Part shown: positions 24,401 through 37,454 of the stretch, piece by piece | How positions within the stretch are numbered: position 1 is the first letter of the stretch | How the letters are laid out: each line of letters starts with the position of its first letter | Source of the DNA: Fimbriosthenelais zetlandica | Taxonomy: Eukaryota | NCBI GenBank assembly: GCA_977030845.1 | Contig: OZ365114.1 | Coordinates: 23,250,001-23,314,000, forward strand | Reading direction: 5' to 3' | Length of the DNA: 64,000 nt | Notes under the pieces: generated by a model | The model's database searches: none | Told to the model about the DNA's origin: nothing | The model's input: only the letters and a program-made list of their open reading frames with translations | Program-made: the position numbers and the translations under genes

Positions 24401-25661
24401 ACTTAACCAAAGACATAGTACATTAACATTGGAATAACATTATGAAGCTTTCTTATTGCTATACTTAATTGTTAGAAGCTACTAGTACTGTAGTATGCAT
24501 CTCTTCCCACATTGTCAAGTTGATTACCTTTATTATCTTTAGTTAACTCTTTCACTGATAATAAAGGTTATATGGAAAGATGGATGAAAATAACAGTTCA
24601 GGGCCCATTCCTACACTCTGGATTTATTCCATCGCTGTAGGCGTATTTTCAGGACATGTTTCTCGATAGGAATCTGTTCTTAAGTCACGAGTATATTTTT
24701 CTTGTCAATCTGAAATAGTCTATGGTGTCAGCACTAAATCGAAAAAGTTTTTCTTTCGGCTGGTAGAACGGAATATTAGACATGTAAATCACTCTAGAAT
24801 GGGACTGACGCTGAAGTACTTACATATGTTCTATACTGGGAAATAAAGTATACTATGCTGAAGAAAGGAGTAATGGGAACATGTGAAATATTAGTTTTAT
24901 TACATATTTACTATAAAAATGATACAATATCACATGTACAACGGTTCAACTGTCCCAACACATGCACACAATCTAATTGTCAGACTATATAACTAGTCTT
25001 CGAAGCCTTTAGATTAGATTTTTAGATCAGGGGCCCATTTCAAAACACAAATTAGCCATAGACTTAGCATTGCTCATTTGTCTTTTGAGATAGGCCCCAT
25101 AACTTCCATAGAAAACATTCTAATTGACAATGTTTCCTCTGAGCGAAAATGCTGAAGTCCGATCCTCTTTCATATATTACTAGGTAGGTCTCTAGAGAAT
25201 GAACGTTCAACAAGATCTATCTTCTACATAAATGATAGGTCATCTGAAGAGAATATATCATTACTTTGATCTGTGTGAAGGTTATTTCTTGGTTGTTGAT
25301 TTAATTCTATAATTCTTCTGTTGCTAAAGTTTTCTTTCTTTCCGTGTGCGAGTCTTCCCCATTTCCGTTGTTGTCATAACCATGTATAGCTATCCTTTTC
25401 TTGGTCTTCCTTTCTCTGAACTATAGATTCCTCTAATGTTACTTTGGTTTATTCGTTTATACTTTGGCAATTCAATACTAAAAACCTTCTAGCCTACCCT
25501 ATAATGCATATATAAAGAGGAAATTATACAAATGACAAAAGAAACTCCTGGACATTATGAACACGAGCATACATTGTAATGTAAAGCAATTGTACAAGTA
25601 TATTACATAGTCAATCAGAACATATACAGCAACATCACAATGATTAGGGGTCATTCATATG

Positions 25662-26261
25662 TTATCCCGAAGTTACATACATATTTAATAAAATTAGAAT
25701 AAAAATATTTACGATAAGTGGCAAATGGCATGATAAAATTGAAGCTAAAGATTTGGATTCCCCTTCGGTTGGAGGCGTAGGTAGAATCTTCTCTTTCTCA
25801 ATTTCTTTGGATCTGTGTATATGCACATGAACTCCCTCAAATCTATATTCTTTATCATAATCCGTCCCTTTATTTGATTTAGTTGGAACATCATTTCCAT
25901 TTGGATGTTGTCGATATATCACAATACCCTTGTGTATTTTCCGATGGCGAGGTGAACCCGAATATATTGTAAACACATTTTTATCCTGGTCCAATGTATT
26001 TCCCCGTGATACACTTTGATTCCGTAATCTTTCCATCCATTCTTCCTTCAACCTTTCGAGGTAATCCTGTTTGTGTCCATTTTCCACCATCCGACACTTG
26101 GGTCTATAGATGTTGTAGGTGTAGGTCCCATAGTATGGCAGTCGCTTAGTTCCAGTTGTTGTTCTAGGGGGCGTGAGCGTGCTGGAGCTGGAGTTTAACC
26201 AGCGTGGACTTTGCGTTTCACTTTCTTCTGGTCCGCCGAACCACTCTGGGCTGAGTTGGAA
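25662..26261 (-). CDS. Orphan 600-bp terminal exon of a secreted or membrane protein with a hydrophobic C-terminal (GPI-signal or TM-like) tail
   Basis: Strong acceptor (TTTTTCTTCGCTCTTTTTTAG|) at 26261. 199 open codons FQLSPEWFGGPEES...YYGTYTYNIYRPKCRMVENG...ESKSLASILSCHLPLIVNIFILILLNMYVTSG*. Upstream exons not resolved. Confidence 0.5.
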   Translation of the reverse strand, partial: FQLSPEWFGGPEESETQSPRWLNSSSSTLTPPRTTTGTKRLPYYGTYTYNIYRPKCRMVENGHKQDYLERLKEEWMERLRNQSVSRGNTLDQDKNVFTIYSGSPRHRKIHKGIVIYRQHPNGNDVPTKSNKGTDYDKEYRFEGVHVHIHRSKEIEKEKILPTPPTEGESKSLASILSCHLPLIVNIFILILLNMYVTSG

Positions 26262-27528
26262 CTAAAAAAGAGCGAAGAAAAGTTTAAATTATATCGCTAG
26301 TACGATATCCAGTCTGATTCATTTCCTTAACATGACTGGAATACCCCTAATGTATTCTTTTAAATGACACTATTGCCACTGACAGCTTTCTTAAAGTTGC
26401 AACGTAACAACCCGAGCAATCAGTTATTAAATGTAGGCCTAATCTACCAGAAACTATATCACTAGCATAATGGTATAGTAAATCAATATACAGGGAAAAC
26501 ATCTAAGCCTTTCACGGATTTCTATTGAAAAACGATAGAAATTTATTGAATTATTAAATGAAGTCGGTCATTGAGACCACTGGATCACATTATTCTTGCG
26601 ATACACTCTGTAAACAATCCCTCTATACTTCATTAAATATTGTAATACTCCACAAAGGAACAGACCAATTCTGTGCTGGTAAAGTGAAGTAAATTGCTTT
26701 AATCAATACATGGCGGGCTTTTGGCAGTCAGATCATGTACATGTAACATGGCCAATAGCCTGGAATGTAATTCCAAACTATAAAGTTAAAATGAGACAAG
26801 ACCAGGCCACTAGATCAAGATCAAAGCGTCTGAAAAAATCGATGCCATAAATTGTCTCTCTCAATTTTTAAATTTTAGAAATCAATAGGGAATCCGAGGT
26901 GAATAGAATTTGGTTGTTTAGAAACCCCAATTGCTGTACGTGGTTCGGCTAAATCTTTGTAAGATTGAAGAGCAATTTATAAAGTGGCTTGCGATAGGCC
27001 TACATTGTTATAGATATGTATTTGCAATAGTGTGGGGAGTTCTTCCGGAATTCTGAATTGGAGATGTTTGACACCAATATACGAAAGGAGGAAGCAAAAG
27101 TCTTTAGTAGCTAGAGATTTACCCCCATTTAATATGATCAGGACGGAAGGGGAGGCTATAATAAGAAAGAAAAGTATACTATATGTTATAAATTCGGAAA
27201 TTGTCCAGTTAACATGGAAAATCGTCCAAGAACAATCCATTTATGCTTCTGGGGGTGTAGGCTATAGTTGACTAGACATTGGAGACACAAAAACTGATTT
27301 CGTTTAATGGACTCGTGTCTATGGTTCACTTTATCAGATATGACCAACTACAGAAGCTTCTACCTTGTCGACTTTGCCCCACCATCACTATCATAAAAAC
27401 ATTTGCACAGTCAGTAGCAAGAGGAAGTAATACCATTCAGACAACAGAGGGAGCACAACATTGACCCTACTATCGACCATACCCCCTTTACTTCAGCCCC
27501 AAGCCCAGATCAACAACCCCACAATTGA

Positions 27529-27590
27529 TGACGTCACCAGAACTGACGCTCTCAATTGGCCTCTCTTTCGTCCATCAATCACACTTCCGG
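27529..27590. promoter_or_regulatory. Promoter-like motif cluster: CRE, CCAAT box, ETS site
   Basis: TGACGTCA at 27529-27536, ATTGG at 27555-27559, CACTTCCGG at 27582-27590, about 1.3 kb upstream of the orphan minus-strand exon. Confidence 0.4.
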
Positions 27591-30500
27591 TTCTCTCAGG
27601 CTCCACTGTGGGAGATATCCAAACAATCGGAGCGAGTCAAGAGAGGAAAAGAGAAATGCAACTAGTAGATATTCAAATGTATTGTTTTCCTTGTTCGCAT
27701 ACCCCCTTTCCATTCAATGATCAACCAATTTTCGCCCATTGATTTTTCCCCTCAGCACTTTCAGAGAGAGTTTTTCCCCACGATTACATGAGAATGAATC
27801 GTATTGGTTGTAGCTATATATAACATATCAAGATTACCATATCCTTGATACCAACATTCATTCACTGATCATCTACTTCCTCTCTTTTTTCTGTTGAGGT
27901 TTTCAAGGCAACTTCTGCCTTATAGAACCATTTATCAGTCCATACTAATTTTTGACATCCAATACATCATTATTTTCCAATCATCTGGACATTTTGCTAA
28001 CATGTGCAAATCAGGTGCCAATTCTGGGATGAAATGCATGACAGATGTATTAATTGAGATCAATAGTGTACAGATCAGCGAGAGTAGTATTAATAAAGCA
28101 TTGGTATAAGTTGTCAGTATCCCCATCAACCAGCTTCCACTCCTCGTTTTGATTACCTATGGGCAACAGCTATCAAGTTTGTCACTAGTATTTGCCGTGG
28201 GATATTGGTTCCACTCGAACATGTGAGAGCCAAACATCAATACCAAAATGTGCGATGAACGACCGAAACAAGGCAGTCTCAATGCCTGCAGTGCTAGCTT
28301 CCATTCCATTAAGTTATTGTCAATGTAAGATATAGGCTATTCACTGCAACATTTTGTTCATCGCAGTAGATATAGTTTTGTCAATAACTGGATATCGGAG
28401 TATGCTTTGTACAACATTTAAACTATCTTCTGATGGAGCCCCCAAAATTTAAGATTTTGAATATTCGAGATCTAGGAGAATATTCGTAATCTTTCCAAGA
28501 TTTTATGTAAACTCAACAAGAGTATTTGACTCTGGAACACTTTTCAAGTGTAGGATATATGTTTAAATACTCATTTGTCGGATCATTTTTAAACTGCATG
28601 CATGTATATAATCAATGTACTTGTCTCATTGAATCATCATACTAGTTTACATCCCACATTCTGATAGGTTGGTAGAAAAGTAAATGATTCTGGTCATGAA
28701 AAGTTGTTGGTAGTTTTGTAGCGGATATTATAATACCATGATTTCTCTTATTTGCTTGGGAGAATGGGATTTCAGACCATGATTCTGTCATATCATCGCT
28801 TTACTGAGTGGTTTACTCTGGTGCGATCATTCGAAAACCTTTTTAAGAAGATGTGAAAGCCAATATGTCAATTTGCAAATGGCAAGGTACCTTAGTATTG
28901 ATTCCTCATGTTTCGACACGGACCATGCAAACCATCAGTAGGTTTGAACTCTATTGAGCCATGCAAGAGACACGTTCCAAACACGCAACAGATACCATAT
29001 ATGTACAGCATATTCGCTGGGAACACATTAGTTAAATTACCCGTGAACATGTGTCAGGTGTAAGTATATCTTGGACAGAATACTCCTGTTTATGTGTAAA
29101 GGATTTTTTGAGTTGTGAAATCTGTTATGTGCCTAAATGTTGAACGCCTGTTTTTTAGACCTACTTGCATGCTTTAAAAAATGTACGATATACTGGAAGA
29201 ATGTCTGTCAGTAAAGATATGTTTATAATAGTTTCTGTCTTGCATATATATGCTGCCAACACAAATTCCTTATATTATTTAAATGCTACATCCCAATGCA
29301 GGAAAATTAATGTGTTCCGAAGCGATTATGGACATTTACCAGCCATAGTCCACTGCCCTAAAACTATACAGAAGTCACATGATTACCAGGCATATACGTA
29401 TATACATAATGGCCCTTCTTGTAGAGAAATAAAACCTTACGATAAAAAAGAATTGGCTAGCTGAGCAATTCAAAGAGGTCTGATTGTGCATGGAATGTAT
29501 TAATTTGACCATCTCCAGCCCCGGAGCTCGCATGACAATGGAGAAACCTTTAACAAATGGGGATCACTTCGTCTCCCCAGCAGTCGAGTGCACTCAGCAG
29601 TTTCATTAAGAGAAAACACCAAAAACATGATCCATTTGTGGCATGAGAAGGGAGCTGGTGATTCATGCTAAACGCCTGCTAAAACACATGACAACAAGGA
29701 GCCGCGCAGCTTCCACACACCGCAAACCCTTCACTGGCCGAGGTAATTCTTGGTGGCCAAAAAAATACTAAAGACTATTGACTTTCAAAAACAGTATTAA
29801 CTTTGGGTCACTAGGACAAGCACTATAGGCAGATTTTGAAAGACACTATTAGAGTGAATAGCGTTAATTTACTCTGTGTCGAGGAGCGAAGAAGTTGAAG
29901 AAAGGAATTAGACATGCATCTATAAGTAATCTATATAGCTACAACTATGAGACCAATCGGTATACTTACCTCCTTACTGCATTATTGAACATGGATTTGG
30001 GAGAAAGAGAAGAATAGAATAATTAATATCATGAACGGCAATGTAGGAGGCAAACAAATATCAGTTCAATCGCTATCTGTAACTTATTTTTCCTATCTCA
30101 AATCCTACTCAAGCACATTATGTACATATACAAATCCATATTCAATATTTAAAATCTATTCTTTGTAGGGCACATTAAAATGTCACAGATATGGAGCGAA
30201 AGAAGAGAAAGTTGGTGAAGTGCATGACACAACACATTATTTCTATAGTATCTCATAGTGACAAAGTCCTATATACTCGATCCTTACGGCATTTGCAATT
30301 TCACTTAATGTGAATTTAATCTTTTTAAATTGAACCTTTGGTAGTCGTCCGCGCATATATGTGGCACAGCACCACTACCTTTGATATACTTGCGTCCTTG
30401 AATACTAATGATAGGTGCTAAGGTGGGACCATGTACATGTGTGCTTTTTATATCATATATGTAATGCACCACTTAGGAAACAAGATTTCAATTGTTTCTC

Positions 30501-32209
30501 AGATATGAAAGTTTTTCAAGCGTGGACATCTGGTGGGTTCAGTGATTGATGCCATGGTTAAGGTAATATATACCGGACCTCCAATAGAGCAGGCAGGTGT
30601 GAGCCTGAGGGCATGTAAGCCATGCTGTGAACCCTCAATCCTTCTGGTAGCTATGCCCATTCACTTACCCATTGAACCAAGCCTTGGATACCTTCCAAAT
30701 TGGCTAAATGCCATTACCAGGTATTTGACCAAAAATTACGAACTTTACAAAATATAATAGCAATTACAATTTTTCCTCACACCGTTTACTAGAAAGGCTA
30801 GTTGGAGGGAGAAAAGCCTGGCCATCAATAACGTCATTCTGCTTTTAGGGGAGGAGCGTCGCTAATATGCTGCCAGCCTCAATGACGCAGGCATCCGCTA
30901 GATGGCGGTGAATGAATGCAATAAGATTCAAATGTTTCCATCGCATGCTTTGGTCCTGCCTGAACAGATCGATCGAGTCGGGGTAGACACCACTTTGGCT
31001 GCATGATGATCTATTGGTGACTCCATGAGATGGTATTGATTGTCATAGGATAGCCACACTGCCAGATCTAGTTAGCCTCCAGCACTGCCTCCATGGCAAA
31101 GCTTCGTTACTTAAGGTGTATTTGATTTAAACTTGCATCGATAATTCGTGTAAGATTCCATTGTTTTTGGTCTCCACGCGTGGTCGCAATGAATTCTTCT
31201 CCTTTGTCGAGAGGATGTAATATGTGTGCCATCATCGATTACGCCCATGGCTCATCATCCTTGAGCTAATACAATGAAGGCTTCATCACATAAAAAAAAC
31301 TTTACAAATTTGAAGAATGAGGCCTTTTTTTTTCATACAGAGCTGACGATGGTTCGTGGATGGACCTAGTTGGCCAGACCTTGTTCAGACTACCCTCAGG
31401 TTGACTAGGTACAAATCCACTTTTTCCCCCAGGTGTATCGTATTTCCTTCCCATGGAATAAAATCATCCTAAACATTTCTTCCCATGAAATCCTTATTTT
31501 TTGCTGGGGAAAAAGAGGGTAATTTGGGGGAGTTTTAATCTGGTCTGTATGGAGAGCCCATCCATCAGTCAATGGTCTGCTTAGCCAATCGCGTGCAGAT
31601 CTCTCTGCAGCAGCGCAAACAAGATATGTATTTTATAAATCAAATATAGGGTCTCAACCAACCCAGAATGGGCATCAATCAAAAAGCTCTAACAGGGTTT
31701 ACTTATTGTTAAAATGAGCTAATTGGCTGCTCCCAACTGCTTGTTATATTTTAGCACTTGGCCCCTAAGCTTTTAGCAAAGGCCGCCATCTAACTGCCTC
31801 CCAAGGCTTTTTATCCATCACCGATTAGGGGTCGTCGGTTGCAGCATTAGGAACCACTTGCATTTCAACATGGCGTTGGATCGCCTTTGCAAAAATAGCC
31901 TTCCCTCGTCAGAGCAATTTGCCTACTCTGTTAAATGGACCAGTTTCCGCCCATGTTCAAGACGTCTGTAATTTGCCGCCAACTAACAGCAGTTTCTATG
32001 TCCCGCACCATGCCAGCCCTGATAAAAGTCAAACGTCATCCATAGTAACCCTGCCGACCTCTGCGTGTATGTCGCTGTTTCCACTTTATGACAATGCAAA
32101 CTGTTGTAAGACAAAAGGCTTAGTTTTCAACATGAACATGAGCGAGCATTAATCTCCGTCCTATAGTTACTATAGCTGCACATTTGTGGTTTTATACCTC
32201 CATGTAGGC

Positions 32210-33400
32210 CTATATGTGTATAGGAGAATCCTTCTGTATCAAAAGTTTTAGATCTGCCCGAAGGCAATTATAGATTTTGTACGCTAATTTGAAAACTGAA
32301 GTACATGACAACCATGCACTTTTTTCATGGCTGATGGAATAATTCTTAGAGAATACTTCAGCCATAAAACTTGCGTCCTTCCAATTGGTAAATGCTTGAT
32401 GAACTGATGCATACACACCATGGTATGCGAACGATTTTTTTGGCAAAGGGCGATTTCCAAAAGCAGTTCGACAAAGTGTACCTTGTCATGAAAAATGACA
32501 TGAATAATTTTCAAGGCACTACTTAGTAGTCCATGTCATGCATTTATGCTGTCCAACCTACACCCTCCCGAGCACGTGAACAGTTGCACATCGACAGCTT
32601 TTACGACATTAGAAACCACTTACGATGGAGTGCTTTGGAGGGCTACTGTCTCGGTAGATACCTACTGCAGCAGGCAGTAGCTGCGGTAGTAAATGCTTCT
32701 CGGTGTTTGATTCACAATATCACCATGATTTTATTGACATCTTAAATCCCCTGACTGTTGCAATGCTCTCTCAATAAAGATGTTTCGAAATGCTTTGATC
32801 GGTGGCACAGAAATGATCTCACAGTGTAAAAAATAGCTTGTAGATATCCTCGCTCTGCTGGCTGTATTTTTGCCACTCATTGCAGGCCTATGGAGTGATT
32901 TGACATCGAGATATTAGGATCAATATTCACTGATATGAAAGCTAAACCGTTGCCTTTCACAAATCAACTGCCAATGTTCTAGGAACAAGACCTAAAGAAA
33001 GGGGCACAAACCTACTTTCACAATGGACACTGACAGAAAGGCTTGTGCCCGATTTCGTGATTTATTGGACGATGTAATAGCAAGTTGTCGTTTGAATGCT
33101 AAGTCTATGCTTGAAACATAAGGCTTCCGTTGAGGCATTTCCTTGGTTTATACATGTAAGTCCCGGCATTATTTGCAGGACAGGTACGTATTTAACAGCA
33201 ATCTGGTTGTACTCATGATGTGCGCCAATTCCCGTTTATTCAGCCAAATCCTTTCAATTTGGCATTTTTTCCACATTGATTTGCTTTTGCTGTGCATGTT
33301 TTCACCATTCTCATGTTAGTCCAGTTGTCCATCGTCCATAAAAGACTGGAGGCAAACTGATTTAGAACCTGTTGGCATGACTTTCCTTGGGCATTATCAA
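32210..33400 (-). mobile_element. Degenerate hAT-family DNA transposase relic
   Basis: Fragments across shifting frames: RLSIQTTT...SVSVHCESRFVPLSLGLVPRTLAVDL (catalytic-core FLGL..L..A-like), HGLLSSALKIIHVIFHDKVHF, and AFTNWKDASFMAEVFSKNY (TRW/NWK-type motif). Many stops; no TIRs identified. Confidence 0.5.
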
Positions 33401-33789
33401 TGGACTGTTTGTTCAGTAAAACACTTAATATTGAAGATCGAAATATCTACTGGGGCTAAACAGGAATGCATTCCCATGAACATGGCTTCCAAATGAAAAT
33501 TGGCTTCCATGAGCCCTCAATGTTAGCCACTTGAAGCCATTATCAATACGAGTCAATGACACAAAGAGTGCAATATTTATGGATCAAGTACACAGTCACT
33601 GTGCATGGTAAAACTTGCATGTGTATAGTTCTCACTTTTCTCACGGTCCTTACGGAAAAAACAGTAAAAAGGTGAATAGGTTAAAAAAGATAACGGTGAA
33701 CCTGTATTAAAAGTGAATAGAGCATAATCATGGAATTGACTCTCAACAAGCTTTCACTATGGTGTTTTAATATGGAGGTACCGCGATGC

Positions 33790-36700
33790 TCACCTACCTA
33801 GCCGGCAGCGTTCCAAACATTTATCGTAAGGTTTCATGTCGTAGTACATGCATAGGCCGATGCAGATGCTCTGGGCTCTATCCTCAAAGGTTACACTGGG
33901 GAAATAGAAACAAGAAAGTATTATGACAATGCAGTTAAAGGTCATTATGAACCACAAACCATGAAATGTGAAGACGACTAATGGATGTCGTAAGACTAAG
34001 ATGTCGTAAGTAGATACATAGAATTTTACGATATAGTGGTTTCATGAACAAAATGTAATGAATTATTTACAAGAAATGATAACTTACTAGACGTCTCTCT
34101 TTCTGTGTCTCGAGACTAGTTTCTCATCTGGTTCATCTGCGTCTTCAAGATCCGATTCTAACTGAAAACAAAAATTAATGATTAATTTATATTACTAATT
34201 ATAGCTTGTCCCCCAAAATAGGGTTCCTAAACAAGGCTATATAATTATGAGGGGATTTCTCAGTGAACAGCGTTTATGAACCACCTCCCGTCACATTAAT
34301 TAGCTTGTACTTCTCTCCCACTCCCTCCCTTTCAAGATTATTATGAGAATCATGCATGATACATGCCCAGCACCTATGGTCCCAGGGAATAGTGCAGGGC
34401 TCATTTAAAGTTGGCTCACAAGAAGATGCATGTTAACATCAGCCTAACACCACCTCTCAAGTCCTCCCATAAAATATCAAGTTATTAAATATCAACTTTC
34501 TTACCAAAATAATGAAGAAAGTAGCGTGTGAACTCATGCAAAGGTTTTATATGCAGAAACTTATAGGTCCTGACCATTTTTTATATTAATATCTACTTAG
34601 GATGATTATTTCATATTACTTTTCATTCAATTTGGAAAATGGCTTGGGGAGAAGGTCGGGGAAAGGTTTAAATTGGAATAAATTACAAGCAGGTAAATTT
34701 TACATCATTACATTTTTACATCATTACTGCGCTAAGTACTTCCGTCAATGTTAAGTCAATGTTAATTCAGTTAAAGGATGTCCTCATATCTGCTCAGGGG
34801 TAATTAGATCTAATTTGAACTGCTCATGACAACACTAACACCTGCATTATTATTTTTAAGAATTCAAACTACTGGTTACTAGGTCACAAATTGCTCGCAT
34901 CTGTCTAGAGGTTATGAGCTGCTCATGACCACTCCAGCTCCTGCCCAGTGACTTTTCCCTTCCCTCCTCTGTCCCATTATCCCATAGGATAACGGTATAT
35001 ACCAGAATCGGGACCCGTTTCATAACAAAAGCTGATATTTATAACGCATAAATATAACATGGACATTCAATACTGAGAAACTGTCAGTTTTGAGTCAATG
35101 CTGCTTTCCAGCTAAATTACAGACATATTTCTATCAATCACACACTCAATACAAGTGTGGGACTGACTCATATCTATGATGCAGTCAAGTGCTTTGGCCT
35201 GGGGACACCATTCTTTAAGATGAATGTCTTTTTTGATGTTTGGGGGAATAGTGCCCAGTGCCAACGTGTCCAGGAAGTGGTGAATGGGTGACCAACCTTC
35301 TCATATACACAAGCCTTCGCCTGATTTGCCGCCCAAGTCAGGCGAAGTGTGGGGGCAAGTTATCATAGGTGGTGGTGGTGGAAGTGGAGGTTCTCTGCTC
35401 GGGGTTTGAGGGCGCTGCTCTGATATCAAACAGAAATACACAGTCTATGGCCCTTAAATATGAATACATTGTTGCTGCCTACAACCAGGGTGCCTTTGTT
35501 CTCTACGGCTATGGGCATTTTACAGTAGAAAAGAACGTGGTCCCTGGATAGATTTCATATCTGTATGGTTAGAAAAACACATTTTACAAAATCAACTTGG
35601 CGGCACTTTGGTTCGATATCAACAAACTGAATAAGTATCAGCACATTAAAATTATTATTTGTATCCAAATTTATTCTGCCACTTGCATTTTGCAATAAAG
35701 CTGGTGCAATGGTAAAAAACTGGAGTCGCCCCAACTTGGAAATTGCTAGAGAGGCCCTTGTATTGTACTATCCCAAAATCGTTGTAAATAGTTAAAAAAA
35801 ATAAATTGTGAATATCCTTTTAGTTTAATATCATGGTTGCAATAAGCAGGGGTTTTATTGCCACATGCTGGTCAGGAGGCGAGTTGAAAACCGGTCCTAG
35901 GCCCGTGACCTTGTATCTTGTTGCTAATAGAACATTTCTTATACATTATCTATCTACGAAAAAGCTTGTGAATTATTATCTTCGCTTAGTTATTGGTTAT
36001 TACAAGTAATTCCTCTGATAATAGAACCCCAGTGGCCAGTCAGGATGCTGTTCAATAATTAGCCTGAAGCATCTAGGAAGTGCAGACCCTCACATGAAAG
36101 GCTGAGTGTATGTATTCTGTGGGGCATATTGGAATCAGGCTGACCCCTCGACAAGTCTTGACCAAAGTCAGTCGATCCTGTCTTACAAAATATTGTCTTC
36201 ACATCTCTATCACACCTCGGGTCATGGCCTTCATCGTAGTCGTAAATGACTGACATTCTGATTAAGTAAGTTTATCACAGTAATGGGGTGATTATGATGA
36301 GATTCTGTTACCAACCAATGCCGCATGCCTTTAGCCTATTGAATGCCTCAAATTACTGATTTCTTGGTTGGTTTTGTGGCTGGGCGAATGTCTTGTATTG
36401 GGTTGGGCCGGAGATAGAATGAAAAGTATGGAGCCAATTCATATTCTCATAAAAGTAATTGCACCTTACAAATATAAACTAAGGAATTAATACTTTCACA
36501 AATGCTCAATATTTGCATTGCACATTTATTGCTTGACCTTTTCCATGAAGCTTACTCCGTGAGATTTTTTTAGTTAATACTAAAGAAAAATGTCAATTGG
36601 AAATCATCAAAATTTCTGTTTTTATGCAGATCTTAATTTACGTGCAGTGGGCAAGAGATTTTAATGCAAGCTGGAATTTAATGCTTTGTTTATGGATAGG

Positions 36701-37454
36701 GAGGAAATTAAAGTTTACTGAATGACAAGTACCCTGTCAACGATACTTTCTCGCATCCATGTCAGACACAGAATGGTACAAAATCCCAATATGACTATTA
36801 CATGATAACAAGAACCGTAACCGTTATACTTATGATACAAATTTGATCAATAATTACAGCAATAGCGAAAGGTCAGCGCATACTTTGAGGTATACAATGG
36901 AAACACTGGCCCCAAAGGTCCAACTACAGTTGGTAAGAGCGACCTCATCATCTGTGGAGACAAGACCTGTTAATTTATGGCAGTGTTTAGAAGAGAATAG
37001 ACAATAATATATTCTCATAAATGCCGAACGCATTTGACCTTTCATTGTCACTCTGCTGAATACAGCAGACTGGTTCATATGCAAGACATATATATCGCTC
37101 TGACAGTTCAAGGCCATGCGAAAATTATTATACTTTTAACACTGGATACTATAATTTAGCACAAATCCTTTCCACCTTGAATTTAATGTAATAATATAAG
37201 GATGCATTTCTAATACCATAGATAGAGGGATTTTTATAGGACAATCTTAAGGCAATAAGAGTGCTTACATTGATGCTGTGAAAATATTATCTGTGCAAAA
37301 ATAAAAAGTTTATAGAGTATTAGGAGTGGTTGGGTGTGTGTTAACTTACCATGTCAAATGGCATCCCAGCTACTGGCAAACACTGTACGAATGTGAAGAG
37401 CACCAGGGAGAAGGTCAAAACCGACAGACTACTGGGTCCAAACGACCCTTCCAT
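33790..37454 (-). CDS. 94-aa prepropeptide (neuropeptide-, hormone- or toxin-like precursor) yielding a predicted amidated 4-Cys peptide
   Basis: Exons 37454-37350, 34161-34088, 33895-33790, all GT-AG with matching phases (0, 2). Translation MEGSFGPSSLSVLTFSLVLFTFVQCLPVAGMPFDM|LESDLEDADEPDEKLVSRHRKRDV|YVTFEDRAQSICIGLCMYYDMKPYDKCLERCRLGR*: hydrophobic signal, acidic pro-region, RxKR convertase site, terminal Gly-Arg. An acceptor at 37466 implies an upstream non-coding exon. Confidence 0.8.

Noticed and set aside
30560-31300. Tyrosine recombinase (DIRS/Crypton) relic suggested by HGLHALR
   Set aside because: Only one short motif; the other catalytic boxes could not be found among many stops.
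35150-36970. Possible extra exons of the peptide gene within its 3.2-kb intron (ORF 36059-36256, Pro-rich segment near 35350)
   Set aside because: They contain stops or incompatible phases; direct splicing of 37350 to 34161 gives a clean precursor.
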